Source of the DNA: a virus
Taxonomy: Duplodnaviria; Heunggongvirae; Uroviricota; Caudoviricetes
IMG/VR virus record: IMGVR_UViG_2721755676_000003
Coordinates: 1 to 51,015 of that record
Direction: 5' to 3' (one strand)
DNA length: 51,015 nt
The notes under the pieces are model-generated. The model was not told the DNA's origin and made no database searches. It saw nothing but the letters and a program-made list of their open reading frames with translations. Each line of letters begins with the position of its first letter. The first letter of the stretch is position 1. Of this stretch, positions 8,577 through 17,441 are shown in pieces. The position numbers and the translations under genes are program-made.

Positions 8577-9128
8577 ATGCAAACTGTTTCATTTCAACAG
8601 AGTAGCAGAGCTTCCTCTAATCCACTGATATTCCCATGTCATCAAAGCGAATCTGCAACGCAGGATATTGATCATCGCGATATTTGTTCTGCAGTCCGGG
8701 CGTGGGCAGCGGCAGAAGGGCGCTTAGCTGTTGCGCTTCATATCCAAGAAGCGGCGGAAGAACTTCAACTTGATGGCGTGGATTTCTCAGGCCAGGCAGA
8801 TGTCTGGAACGTGAAGCTGTTCCGTTGGTTGGACAATAAAGACGATTCCGCATCCTACCGTAGAAACGTCGAGCAACTGTTACCCGCGATCATGTCTGTA
8901 TTGCCGCTTCGATACCGCGACCGTGTCGTAAAGAACGACTCGTTTGCTTACCGAATGGCACGGCTGGAAAAAGAGGTTAGTGAGGCGAAGCAAGCGCTGA
9001 TGCTCGATGCACCAAAGAAGGAAAAGCTGAAGGAGTTAGGCGAGGGGATTTTCGAAATGTTCAGAGTCGACCCTGACCTAACGGCGCCTTTACTGGCGAT
9101 GGTCACAACCATGCTGGGGGCAATGTGA
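8577..9128 (+). CDS. YdaT-like protein (cII-position regulator)
   Basis: 183-aa ORF between cro-like and O-like genes; segment QLLPAIMSVLPLRYRDRVV resembles recalled Rac YdaT (LIPAILAILPRELRHRL). Confidence 0.45.
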   Translation: MQTVSFQQSSRASSNPLIFPCHQSESATQDIDHRDICSAVRAWAAAEGRLAVALHIQEAAEELQLDGVDFSGQADVWNVKLFRWLDNKDDSASYRRNVEQLLPAIMSVLPLRYRDRVVKNDSFAYRMARLEKEVSEAKQALMLDAPKKEKLKELGEGIFEMFRVDPDLTAPLLAMVTTMLGAM

Positions 9129-9212
9129 AGACTTCAGAAAAGGCGAAAGCCGGTCTGCGCTAACAGAACCGACTTTCAGGTGCAAAAACGGAGTGTAATT
9201 GCGGAGCTAAGT

Positions 9213-10130
9213 ATGTCAAACACAGCTGAAATTATCAATTTCCCCCACAGAACCGAACAACCGGGAGGTCGTATGGCCGAACTGTCGAACGGGTATACCA
9301 AGGTCGCAAACGAGATCCAACAGCTCAAGCCTCGTCTGAGAATGTCAGGCCGGGAGTGGCAGTGTTTTGAGGCGGTGATCTGGCTTACCTACGGCTGGAA
9401 CAAGAAACAGGACCGCGTTACGAATACAGTGATCGCCGAGCTTACTGGGCTGAGTGATTCCCACGTTTCTGATGCGCTCAAATCGCTCGCAGAACGCAAA
9501 ATTATCTTCAGTCAGAAGCAGGGTGTGATGAAAACGGTCGGTATAAATACTGACCTTTCCGCCTGGATTTTAGACAAACCGAAAACGGGAAAAGTCTTCC
9601 CGAAATCGGGAAAAGTGTTACCGAAAACGGGAAAAACCTTCCCGGAAACGGTAGACACCCAAGACTATAACAAGAACAATATTAAAATATCCTCGTCTCG
9701 GAATTCTGACGAATCCCGAAACCAGAAAACTCAAAAGTTTCTCTCACGCCATCCAGAAGCTGCCGCCGGGATATACACCCCGGCAGGTAAATCATGGGGA
9801 TCCGCTGACGACCTCAAGGCCGCTCACTGGATTTACGACAGGCTTCTCACCGTCAACGCATCGCTATCGGAACCCAACTGGGCTGAATGGGCAAACACCA
9901 TCAGGCTGATGCGTGTCCAGGACAAACGTACTCACTACGAAATCTGTGACCTGTTCCAGTGGGCCAACCGGGACGAGTTCTGGAAAGACAACATCCTGAG
10001 CCCTTCGAGTCTGCGCAAACAGTGGGATCAACTCACTACCAAGCGGCTGCGTGCAACCGCAGCGGTAAAACCATCCCGGGGCGGCATCGACCTGCACAAT
10101 ACCGACTGGATTGACGGGGTGCTGGAATGA
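9213..10130 (+). CDS. Replication initiator, lambda O-like (iterons inside gene)
   Basis: N-terminus MSNTAEIINFP...LTYGWNK resembles lambda O (MTNTAKILNF...KTYGWNK); start set at ATG 9213 with RBS GCGGAG; coding region contains iterons plus AT-rich tract. Confidence 0.7.
   Translation: MSNTAEIINFPHRTEQPGGRMAELSNGYTKVANEIQQLKPRLRMSGREWQCFEAVIWLTYGWNKKQDRVTNTVIAELTGLSDSHVSDALKSLAERKIIFSQKQGVMKTVGINTDLSAWILDKPKTGKVFPKSGKVLPKTGKTFPETVDTQDYNKNNIKISSSRNSDESRNQKTQKFLSRHPEAAAGIYTPAGKSWGSADDLKAAHWIYDRLLTVNASLSEPNWAEWANTIRLMRVQDKRTHYEICDLFQWANRDEFWKDNILSPSSLRKQWDQLTTKRLRATAAVKPSRGGIDLHNTDWIDGVLE
9581..9660. repeat. ori iterons: about 3.5 direct repeats of a 21-bp unit (GAAAACGGGAAAAGTCTTCCC-like), followed by AT-rich tract (about 9661-9693)
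   Basis: gaaaacgggaaaagtcttccc / gaaatcgggaaaagtgttacc / gaaaacgggaaaaaccttccc / ggaaacgg... read directly; encodes the KPKTGKVFPKSGKVLPKTGKTFPE peptide repeat. Confidence 0.6.
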
Positions 10131-10813
10131 AAAACATCGCAGAGAGCATTCGCGATTTTGACCGGGAACAGGCTCGCCGAATAGCGCACAACCTGCCTGA
10201 GCAGTACACCGAACGCGAGCAAACGCAACAGGTGGCCCAGATTATCAACGGGCTGTTTGTACAGCTGGCGGCCGCGTTTCCGGCAAGCCTGGTTAATCGC
10301 AGCCAAGAAGACGTGAACGAGATCCGCCGCCAGTGGGTGCTGGCCTTCAAAGAGAACGGGATCACGACCATGGATCAGGTTGAAGCGGGCATGCGCATGG
10401 TGCGCCGTCAGGAGCGACCATTCCTGCCTTCGCCAGGCCAGTTCATCAAGTGGTGCAGGGAAGGGCGCAGCGTGCTGGGGATCACCACCGCTGACGTTAT
10501 GGCTGAATACTGGAAGTGGCGCAAGCTGGTGTTCCGGTATCCGAGCAGTGAGCAGTATCCGTGGCCTAAGCCGGTCTATTATCACATCTGTCTGGAGCTG
10601 CGTCGCCGCGGAACTGATGGTCAGTTGTGTCAGAAAGAGCTTGAGCGTGAGGCTGGAGATATACTGGGTATGTGGGAAAAGCGGGTGCTGGCCGGGAAGC
10701 CGATTCCGCCCGTTCGAAGGGCTCTGGCAGCGCCGGTATCGCCGAAGGGGCCGACACCGGCAGAGCTTTTGAAAGCTAAATATCAGCGGATGAAAGCTGA
10801 TGGCAGGGCATAG
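10127..10813 (+). CDS. Replication protein P-like (helicase loader)
   Basis: 228-aa ORF, ATGA-coupled to the O-like gene; size and position match lambda P; weak recalled similarity. Confidence 0.55.
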   Translation: MKNIAESIRDFDREQARRIAHNLPEQYTEREQTQQVAQIINGLFVQLAAAFPASLVNRSQEDVNEIRRQWVLAFKENGITTMDQVEAGMRMVRRQERPFLPSPGQFIKWCREGRSVLGITTADVMAEYWKWRKLVFRYPSSEQYPWPKPVYYHICLELRRRGTDGQLCQKELEREAGDILGMWEKRVLAGKPIPPVRRALAAPVSPKGPTPAELLKAKYQRMKADGRA

Positions 10814-10875
10814 GGATGAAATGGTCAGCTATGAGCAAAGTGCGGCCACGCGGGAGCATGTTTTATCTATGAAAA

Positions 10876-11712
10876 CTAATGATGATAAATACCATCGTCT
10901 AAAGGGGGACCTTCAGCAGTAACCCCCGTGATTCTACTTGGCGGTTCAAAGATGGCCTCACCAAATATCGCATCAAACTCTGCTTTGGTGACTGATAAGT
11001 ATTGCAAGATGAGCTCTAGCAGCTCTCTGTACGTATCACAATGCCATTCAATGTGAGGACATATTTGGGAGAGAACTCTGGTCTTAAAATCATCCAGATT
11101 TTTTGGGACTTCCAGCAAGTTACCAGTGTTTAATGCTTTCGACATAAACTTGTAATTGAGCATGGAGAGAACCATTACTGATACACCTTTCTCTTGCCTT
11201 AACTGATCGAACTTCTCTTGTGCTTGAAGGCTTAGCTTGGCGTATTCGCGATCTCGTTTTGAGTTGACTGGTTCGACGTACTGAAGCGGTTCGTCTGCAG
11301 CATCACCGATACGTGGACAAAAGTATCTATTCCACCAAGCCTCAAAATACCTTTTTTGGAACTCTAGGTATGTCATCCCAATAATATTGGTGTTTTGAGT
11401 GTACTGTTTAGCACCCTGCTGAAGCCCGTGCTTTGAAATAATAAATCCAATGTTAGCCCCGGTTTCATGCATTACCGTGGTGAACGAATGGACCACCGTC
11501 TGAGGTATAGAACTACCCCAGTTTTTGCATTCCACAATGTATCTGATTTTGTCCACGCTCCTAACATCTGTAGCTAGAACATCCACATTCACCGAGCCAC
11601 GCGGTGTTTCTAAATCGACCTCGACTTCTGCAAACAAGCCAACATTACGGAATATACGTTGGACCCCTGTCTGGAGGTCTTGCCAGTTTTCTGGTAATGG
11701 GTCATCGATCAC
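10876..11712 (-). CDS. Mrr-like restriction-endonuclease-fold protein (PD-(D/E)xK) with unknown C-terminal domain
   Basis: N-terminal VDVLATDVRSVDKIRYIVECKNW (D...ExK) typical of Mrr_cat nucleases; opposite strand to the replication genes. Confidence 0.5.
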   Translation of the reverse strand: MIDDPLPENWQDLQTGVQRIFRNVGLFAEVEVDLETPRGSVNVDVLATDVRSVDKIRYIVECKNWGSSIPQTVVHSFTTVMHETGANIGFIISKHGLQQGAKQYTQNTNIIGMTYLEFQKRYFEAWWNRYFCPRIGDAADEPLQYVEPVNSKRDREYAKLSLQAQEKFDQLRQEKGVSVMVLSMLNYKFMSKALNTGNLLEVPKNLDDFKTRVLSQICPHIEWHCDTYRELLELILQYLSVTKAEFDAIFGEAIFEPPSRITGVTAEGPPLDDGIYHH

Positions 11713-12046
11713 TTTTACTTTTCCTATGCACTATCCGCATGCTTTTAAGACTACTTGAAGACACAAACGTCGTCATCCACTAAAAGGTTCAAATTTGAGA
11801 TGATAGTTCGTTTCTGGTATGAAACGAACCGTTTGAAGAGCCGAGTGCTCTGCTAAGAGCCAGGAGTGGACGTTCTCAAAGCATTGCTTACATCGAGGAT
11901 GTATTAATCAACGGGGTGCAGGTCAATTGATCCATAAAAGGTTGAATGCTCTATACTAAGCACTAGTAAAAAACATTGCACAACATACACTTAAGGTTTA
12001 AATTGCTTATCACCAAAACATAAATTTAATCATAGGCTGATGGCGT

Positions 12047-13510
12047 ATGCTAAAGGTAATTAAAAAAGGTATTGGCTTCAATAAAACAGAAAAAAGATTG
12101 ATTGAATTAGCTAATAATGCCTTTATAGGTTTGTGGTCATATCCTAATGTTTATAGTGATGAGGGTTTTGCAAAAAATAAATCGGGTAAAGAAGTGTGTG
12201 ATTTATTAGTGGTTTTTGAAAATAATGTAATTTTGTTTTCTGATAAAGACATTAAGTTTAATGATGAAATTGATATCCATATTGCATGGAAAAGATGGTT
12301 TAGGAGAGCAGTAATCGAATCAGCGACTCAACTGCATGGAGCTGAAAAATTTCTAAAAGAGCAAAGTGACAGATTATTTCTTGATAAAGAGTGTAAGGAG
12401 AGGTTTCCAATAACAATTGACAATAAGATGCGCTTTTTTTTGATCGCAGTAACTAGCAATAGCGCAATTCCAGCTTTCAATTACTTTGGTCGTATCGCGG
12501 AAGGAAGTTCTGGAACTTTAGTAAATTGCTTTCCCTTTGGAATAAAGGAAAGTATGGAGCAACCTTTTACTGTTGGAGATTTGTATCCTGATAAGACATT
12601 TATCCATGTTTTAGATGAACTATCGTTAAAATTACTATTCTCTGAGCTGGATACAATTACTGACTTCGTTGACTATTTAAAAGAGAAAGAACGAGTCGTG
12701 AGGACAGGTTTTCTTGGATTAAGTCCTGGTGAGGATGACACACTGGGTGCCTACTTGATCGGGCATGGATTAATAGTAGATGAAAAGAAGGTGCCAAAAA
12801 ACTCGTTTGTTCGAATTGCAGAGCATGAATGGACTGAACTAAAAAAATCGCAATTATATGAATATTATACAGCTCTAAAAAAAGGTAGCTATTTTTGGGA
12901 TGAAACAGTACAACGTTTTTCCGATTCCATATTAAATGCAACTGTTGGTCTAGGTAAGGAAAATGACTTTCTTAGTCATGAGGAAACATTAAGACAATTA
13001 GCCTCTGAAAGCAGAGAATCAAGATATTATTTATCTAAATCATTCTTGGATAAATTCAAGCAAGTTCCTTCTGACAGAAGAAGCTCCAGAATCGTAGAGT
13101 CTTTAGATGAAAAAGGAAAGTTTTATATTTTTTTGTTTTTTCCGCGTGAAAAACATTTATCATATGAGGAATATAGAAACGAACGTTTTTCTTGCATTCA
13201 AATGTATGCGTTAACAGCTAAATATAAATACCCACAAATAAAAAAACTCATAGTCATTGCTACTGAAAGTAAAGACTCCGAAGGTCGTTCAGAGGATGTG
13301 GTATTTTGTCGATTTGATAACCCCCTTTCAAAAGGCGAACGTCTGTTTGTACAATCAGTGATGCACGAATATAGCATACTTACTGATTTCATTCCAAAAC
13401 CGAACAATAAATTAAATTTGTCACCGATAGTTAAAAGTGACAAGAAACCTGGAAGGAATGAACCTTGTTTTTGTGGATCTGGTATAAAATATAAAAAATG
13501 CCATGGATAG
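12047..13510 (+). CDS. SEC-C motif protein of unknown function (AT-rich cargo)
   Basis: 487-aa ORF ending in CFCGSGIKYKKCHG (SEC-C metal-binding motif); strongly AT-rich relative to phage backbone. Confidence 0.6.
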   Translation: MLKVIKKGIGFNKTEKRLIELANNAFIGLWSYPNVYSDEGFAKNKSGKEVCDLLVVFENNVILFSDKDIKFNDEIDIHIAWKRWFRRAVIESATQLHGAEKFLKEQSDRLFLDKECKERFPITIDNKMRFFLIAVTSNSAIPAFNYFGRIAEGSSGTLVNCFPFGIKESMEQPFTVGDLYPDKTFIHVLDELSLKLLFSELDTITDFVDYLKEKERVVRTGFLGLSPGEDDTLGAYLIGHGLIVDEKKVPKNSFVRIAEHEWTELKKSQLYEYYTALKKGSYFWDETVQRFSDSILNATVGLGKENDFLSHEETLRQLASESRESRYYLSKSFLDKFKQVPSDRRSSRIVESLDEKGKFYIFLFFPREKHLSYEEYRNERFSCIQMYALTAKYKYPQIKKLIVIATESKDSEGRSEDVVFCRFDNPLSKGERLFVQSVMHEYSILTDFIPKPNNKLNLSPIVKSDKKPGRNEPCFCGSGIKYKKCHG

Positions 13511-13955
13511 AAAATTAGCATAATTCTATTAACTCATTGCCATTATCTTGACAAAACTAAATGGAAACTTGTCATATTTATTTCTTGAAAATATTTAATT
13601 ACTGGCTGTAGCAACTTTAACTTAGTGCGGGCATAGCTATGAATCTCCGATTGTACTGGCAGGGGGCTACAACTTTAGATGACTCACTCCCATCTTCAAC
13701 AAGCTAGCTGGCTGCCTTGTGTTGCGAGGATTCGTAATGATGATGTCAGTTTTGTCCGCTTCTGGCAAGAGGCGGACGAGATGGCTAGGCTTAAGACCTG
13801 CTGAAAGCCAGGAGCTGACATCACTACAACTTTTAATGCTAACTTCACTTAAAATAATTTTGGAATTTGCACATATGGGTTATATAAGTAAATCATCGCA
13901 ATGAGTTCTATGCGATAATTTTATATTTAGTCCCCATCTTTATCGGATGGTTCAT

Positions 13956-14729
13956 CTAAGCTTTAACTCGCCTGACAAGAGTTTTACTGCAACCTATACT
14001 GAGAAGGTGGCGTCGAAGATTTTTATCAATATGACTATCCAACGTGGTAATTAAAAACACTATATCCTCAATAACCTTAACAACATCCGAGCTTGATATT
14101 TTAGTGAGGCTTACCTTTGGTCTGTCACAATTATGGATACAATCATGTCTCCTCTGAATTAGCGAAGTATATCTGTTAGTTAGCTTTTCTAACATAGATT
14201 TCCGTTTTTTTTCTTTATCCTCTTTGGATAACTTTTTGTAAGCTGTTGGAGTGGTTCCCATAAGACGATGCTTCGCTGACTTATTTATCAACCAGTCCTC
14301 CATCATCGGCTTTGTTAATATTTTGTTTTTTTCATCCATGATATGATTGAACAAATCCTTAATTTTATCGATTGAAAGTACGTTATCTTTTTCAATCAAG
14401 TCACGTGCTGCATTTCGCCATTTCCAATTCGAAGTTGTATTCTGAGCATTCACGATAGAATTTATAGGTAACTTCAATGACCTTATCTTTGGGCTTAATT
14501 TGACATTGCTGTCAATGCTTTTTGCAATTAGGATTTTTGATAACACATCTGCAAATGCATCACAAAAATATGCATCAAGTGCTCCAATCGCAATCATCCA
14601 AGAGGCTCTATATATATCATCCTTTAGAGTCGATATAGGTAATGAATCAGCATGAGCTATAAGGTCTTTTGCTCTATTAATATCCTGATTAAAATGACTT
14701 AACGCTGTGCTTGGCATATAACACCTCAA
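13956..14729 (-). CDS. HEPN-like protein (candidate abortive-infection RNase)
   Basis: 257-aa ORF with C-terminal R-x4-H motif (LIQRRHDCIHNCDRPK) in a helical, lysine-rich protein; AT-rich. Confidence 0.4.
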   Translation of the reverse strand: MRCYMPSTALSHFNQDINRAKDLIAHADSLPISTLKDDIYRASWMIAIGALDAYFCDAFADVLSKILIAKSIDSNVKLSPKIRSLKLPINSIVNAQNTTSNWKWRNAARDLIEKDNVLSIDKIKDLFNHIMDEKNKILTKPMMEDWLINKSAKHRLMGTTPTAYKKLSKEDKEKKRKSMLEKLTNRYTSLIQRRHDCIHNCDRPKVSLTKISSSDVVKVIEDIVFLITTLDSHIDKNLRRHLLSIGCSKTLVRRVKA

Positions 14730-15040
14730 AATAAATGATTTATATGGTTAATTGGAAATGCAAAACTTAAATTTTAGTTTATACCGTTTGTTGCCAGAAT
14801 ACGATATATTCACAGATTCTAGACCATTAACATTGGCACTACAGCCAGATAATGAGTTTGAACGTACACCGTAGTATACTTTCTGATCTGCCCACCCCAA
14901 AAAAATTAGTACTATCTGGATTACCACAGTCCGCTCTTGTCACCCAAATGTTATTTTACCTTAATGACATTAGATTTCATTTGGATCAGATTGCCGCAAC
15001 TATCAGTGTGCGGCAAGTAGCTGAAGCATTCATAGAGTAT

Positions 15041-16285
15041 TTATGGGTCAAGGAGGGATTTAAACTGAGATATGGGATAGTCATATCGTTCGTTATAGAA
15101 TGCCGCAAGCTTGCAGTATTCTGCTAGGTGAGCATCTGGCCTGTATGGGACAATCGCTCCTTCAATCGATAGCTCAATACTATTAGTGACAATCAACATC
15201 AAGGCATGATCTTTAGTAAATAGTTGTTCTGAAAGTAAACGATATTTATTTTTAGGCTCGGAAATAGTTTTGAATGATTCGAACGTGTCATTAATAAACT
15301 GAAGTGCCAATGCTCCAGGTCGTTTTCCTGTCAGTTGTTTTTTTAACGCCCGCTTAGATACTTTCTCAACCTCTTTCCAAATTTGTACATCACCTGCGGA
15401 TACGACCCGAATTCCCTTTAATCGATGCTCAGAGTCATGGCAGGCCACTAACGCTGCTGTGGAGCCATGGAGTGTTTGTGCTGCATTGAAGACTACATTC
15501 TCATCAGTTTTATCTCCCAATAATGGGCAAAATTCTTCAACAACAGAAAACTTTTCGCTGTGTATATCGTTGCCTTGAGTTTCAATCTCGTCTACTAGGC
15601 GAGCCATAAATTCTTTGAAGCTTTTATCGTTCTTAGGCACAGGTTCCGTCAAAATGATGGTCAAGATACTTGCGAATCCTTCCTTTGCAGTGAGAAGTCT
15701 GTCGAGCGAGATTTTTTCCAGCAAAGCACCAATCAAGCGATGCCCATCTGCAAGACTAACAGCAAAACCTTTATCACCTGCGAAGGATTTGCACTCAAGC
15801 TCAAATGGAGGAAGCCCTTGAGGTGGGTAGACTAGAAGGTCAAAGGTCTCCTCGCCTTTACTTTCCTCTGGCCATTCAATGGAGCACCCCCTGGAGATTA
15901 GTGTTTTGGCCATATATAACTCGTACTGCAAAGCGCGCATGTCGCTGGCAAGCTTGAACGCACCCTCGAAACGTTTTTTGAGTTCCCTGGGGCCTGGTTC
16001 ACCTCTTTCCACTGCTTCACACAGTTCCACCACTCGCTGCACAAATAACATTGTCTGGAACATTGTATTCCATTCGTATCCCGCATTTAATGCATACTGA
16101 TTTCTATCCCAAAACGTCAAACCGAATGCTACTGAGTTTTCTAATTCTTCCTGTCCACCACGTCCAGCAAATTGATTTGAAAGTAACTTTATGTCCTGAA
16201 CGACCTTCAGCCAAGGCTTTAAAGGGAAAAGCTTGACTAAACGGTTATAAATATCAGGGAAGCTAAGCATAATGAGGGGCATCAA
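15041..16285 (-). CDS. Hypothetical 414-aa protein with PD-(D/E)xK-like motif
   Basis: ETFDLLVYPPQGLPPFELECKSF (D...E-x-K) suggests a nuclease fold; otherwise unrecognised. Confidence 0.45.
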   Translation of the reverse strand: MMPLIMLSFPDIYNRLVKLFPLKPWLKVVQDIKLLSNQFAGRGGQEELENSVAFGLTFWDRNQYALNAGYEWNTMFQTMLFVQRVVELCEAVERGEPGPRELKKRFEGAFKLASDMRALQYELYMAKTLISRGCSIEWPEESKGEETFDLLVYPPQGLPPFELECKSFAGDKGFAVSLADGHRLIGALLEKISLDRLLTAKEGFASILTIILTEPVPKNDKSFKEFMARLVDEIETQGNDIHSEKFSVVEEFCPLLGDKTDENVVFNAAQTLHGSTAALVACHDSEHRLKGIRVVSAGDVQIWKEVEKVSKRALKKQLTGKRPGALALQFINDTFESFKTISEPKNKYRLLSEQLFTKDHALMLIVTNSIELSIEGAIVPYRPDAHLAEYCKLAAFYNERYDYPISQFKSLLDP

Positions 16286-16790
16286 ATATTATCTCCTTAG
16301 GTCAGCGCTTAAACAAAACTCCATCTTTAATACAACGTTTAATCTGCAAGAGCATACTACAGTGAATATCTGGGCGTCATATGCCCAATGCCCGAAAGCA
16401 TAATATGTATGCCTTTTAGCTGAAACTGGCCTTCACTCTGCAGACCTGAATACGTCACAAGCAAGGACCAGAGTAGTATCGGCATTGGTTGTGAAATCTT
16501 TAATTCACATGATGAGAGCATTATGCAACGGGTACTTTAACGATGATACCGAAGCGAGAACCTTTCTTGCAGGTTCTCGCTATAGGGCTTGGTAATAGCA
16601 TGTTGCTTGTCAGTCATGCCACATACCCAAACGTTCATTCTTGCTTCCGCTTTAAAACACTCAATCCACAGAAACTACAAGTCTTCACGCTGGAAGTAAC
16701 CTGTTGTTTGTTTGGGGGGCACATAATCTCAGTAAGTTACATTGTGATCTCATAAAACGTTGCAAAATCCGTTACATAAGTTTATAAAAG

Positions 16791-16810
16791 CACTGTACAT
16801 GCATACAGTG
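16791..16810. promoter_or_regulatory. LexA (SOS) box upstream of dinI-like gene
   Basis: Perfect palindrome CACTGTACATGCATACAGTG (CTGT-N8-ACAG) about 20 nt upstream of the dinI-like ATG. Confidence 0.55.
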
Positions 16811-16828
16811 ATTCGTTGCGGAGGGAAA

Positions 16829-17053
16829 ATGAAAATCGAGCTAACCATTGATCGCATGAAGAAACTTCCTGATGGAGCTATACCTGCGCTCGAGTCAGAA
16901 CTGCTCGAAAGACTCAGCAAGCAGTTTGATGATTGCCAGCTTACGATTAGGCGTGCCAGTAATGATGGTTTGACTGTTTTCTGGGGCGACAAGAAAGAGG
17001 TCGAACATATCGTGCAGGAGACCTGGGAAAGCGCGGACGAGTGGTTTTATTAA
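16829..17053 (+). CDS. dinI: DinI-family protein
   Basis: MKIELTIDR...VQETWESADEWFY matches recalled E. coli DinI (MRIEVTIAK...LQETWESADDWF); start at internal ATG with RBS GAGGGA. Confidence 0.8.
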   Translation: MKIELTIDRMKKLPDGAIPALESELLERLSKQFDDCQLTIRRASNDGLTVFWGDKKEVEHIVQETWESADEWFY

Positions 17054-17159
17054 TCGCGTGAATTTCACTGGAGCAGTTTCAAAGAGTATCGCTGTTTGCG
17101 TTCCCCTGGCTGTTCCCGATTACTGTTTACCGCGTCATTAAGTCGCTCTGGGGGAAATA

Positions 17160-17402
17160 GTGTGTAGTGCAGATGCCTTTAATGCAGATGATCAATGGTA
17201 CGACGTGGTCAGAAGGGCCGATAAAGCAGTTATCTATAGCTTCCCGGCTGAAGGGAGATATCTGGTTTATCGAGTAAATGGAATAGTTTCATTACGACCG
17301 TTACTCGAAGAGGAAGAAATCTTCACTCTCAACGGGTTCATGCAATTTGCAAAACGGCTTGGGTACCGAATTACACCACCGTCTGATATTATTCTTTCAT
17401 AG
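17160..17402 (+). CDS. Hypothetical nin-region protein
   Basis: 80-aa ORF with GTG start and RBS GGGGGA; no motif recognised. Confidence 0.35.
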   Translation: MCSADAFNADDQWYDVVRRADKAVIYSFPAEGRYLVYRVNGIVSLRPLLEEEEIFTLNGFMQFAKRLGYRITPPSDIILS

Positions 17403-17441
17403 GCCTGAACAACCTATACCTGATGCGCCACGGAGAGAACC

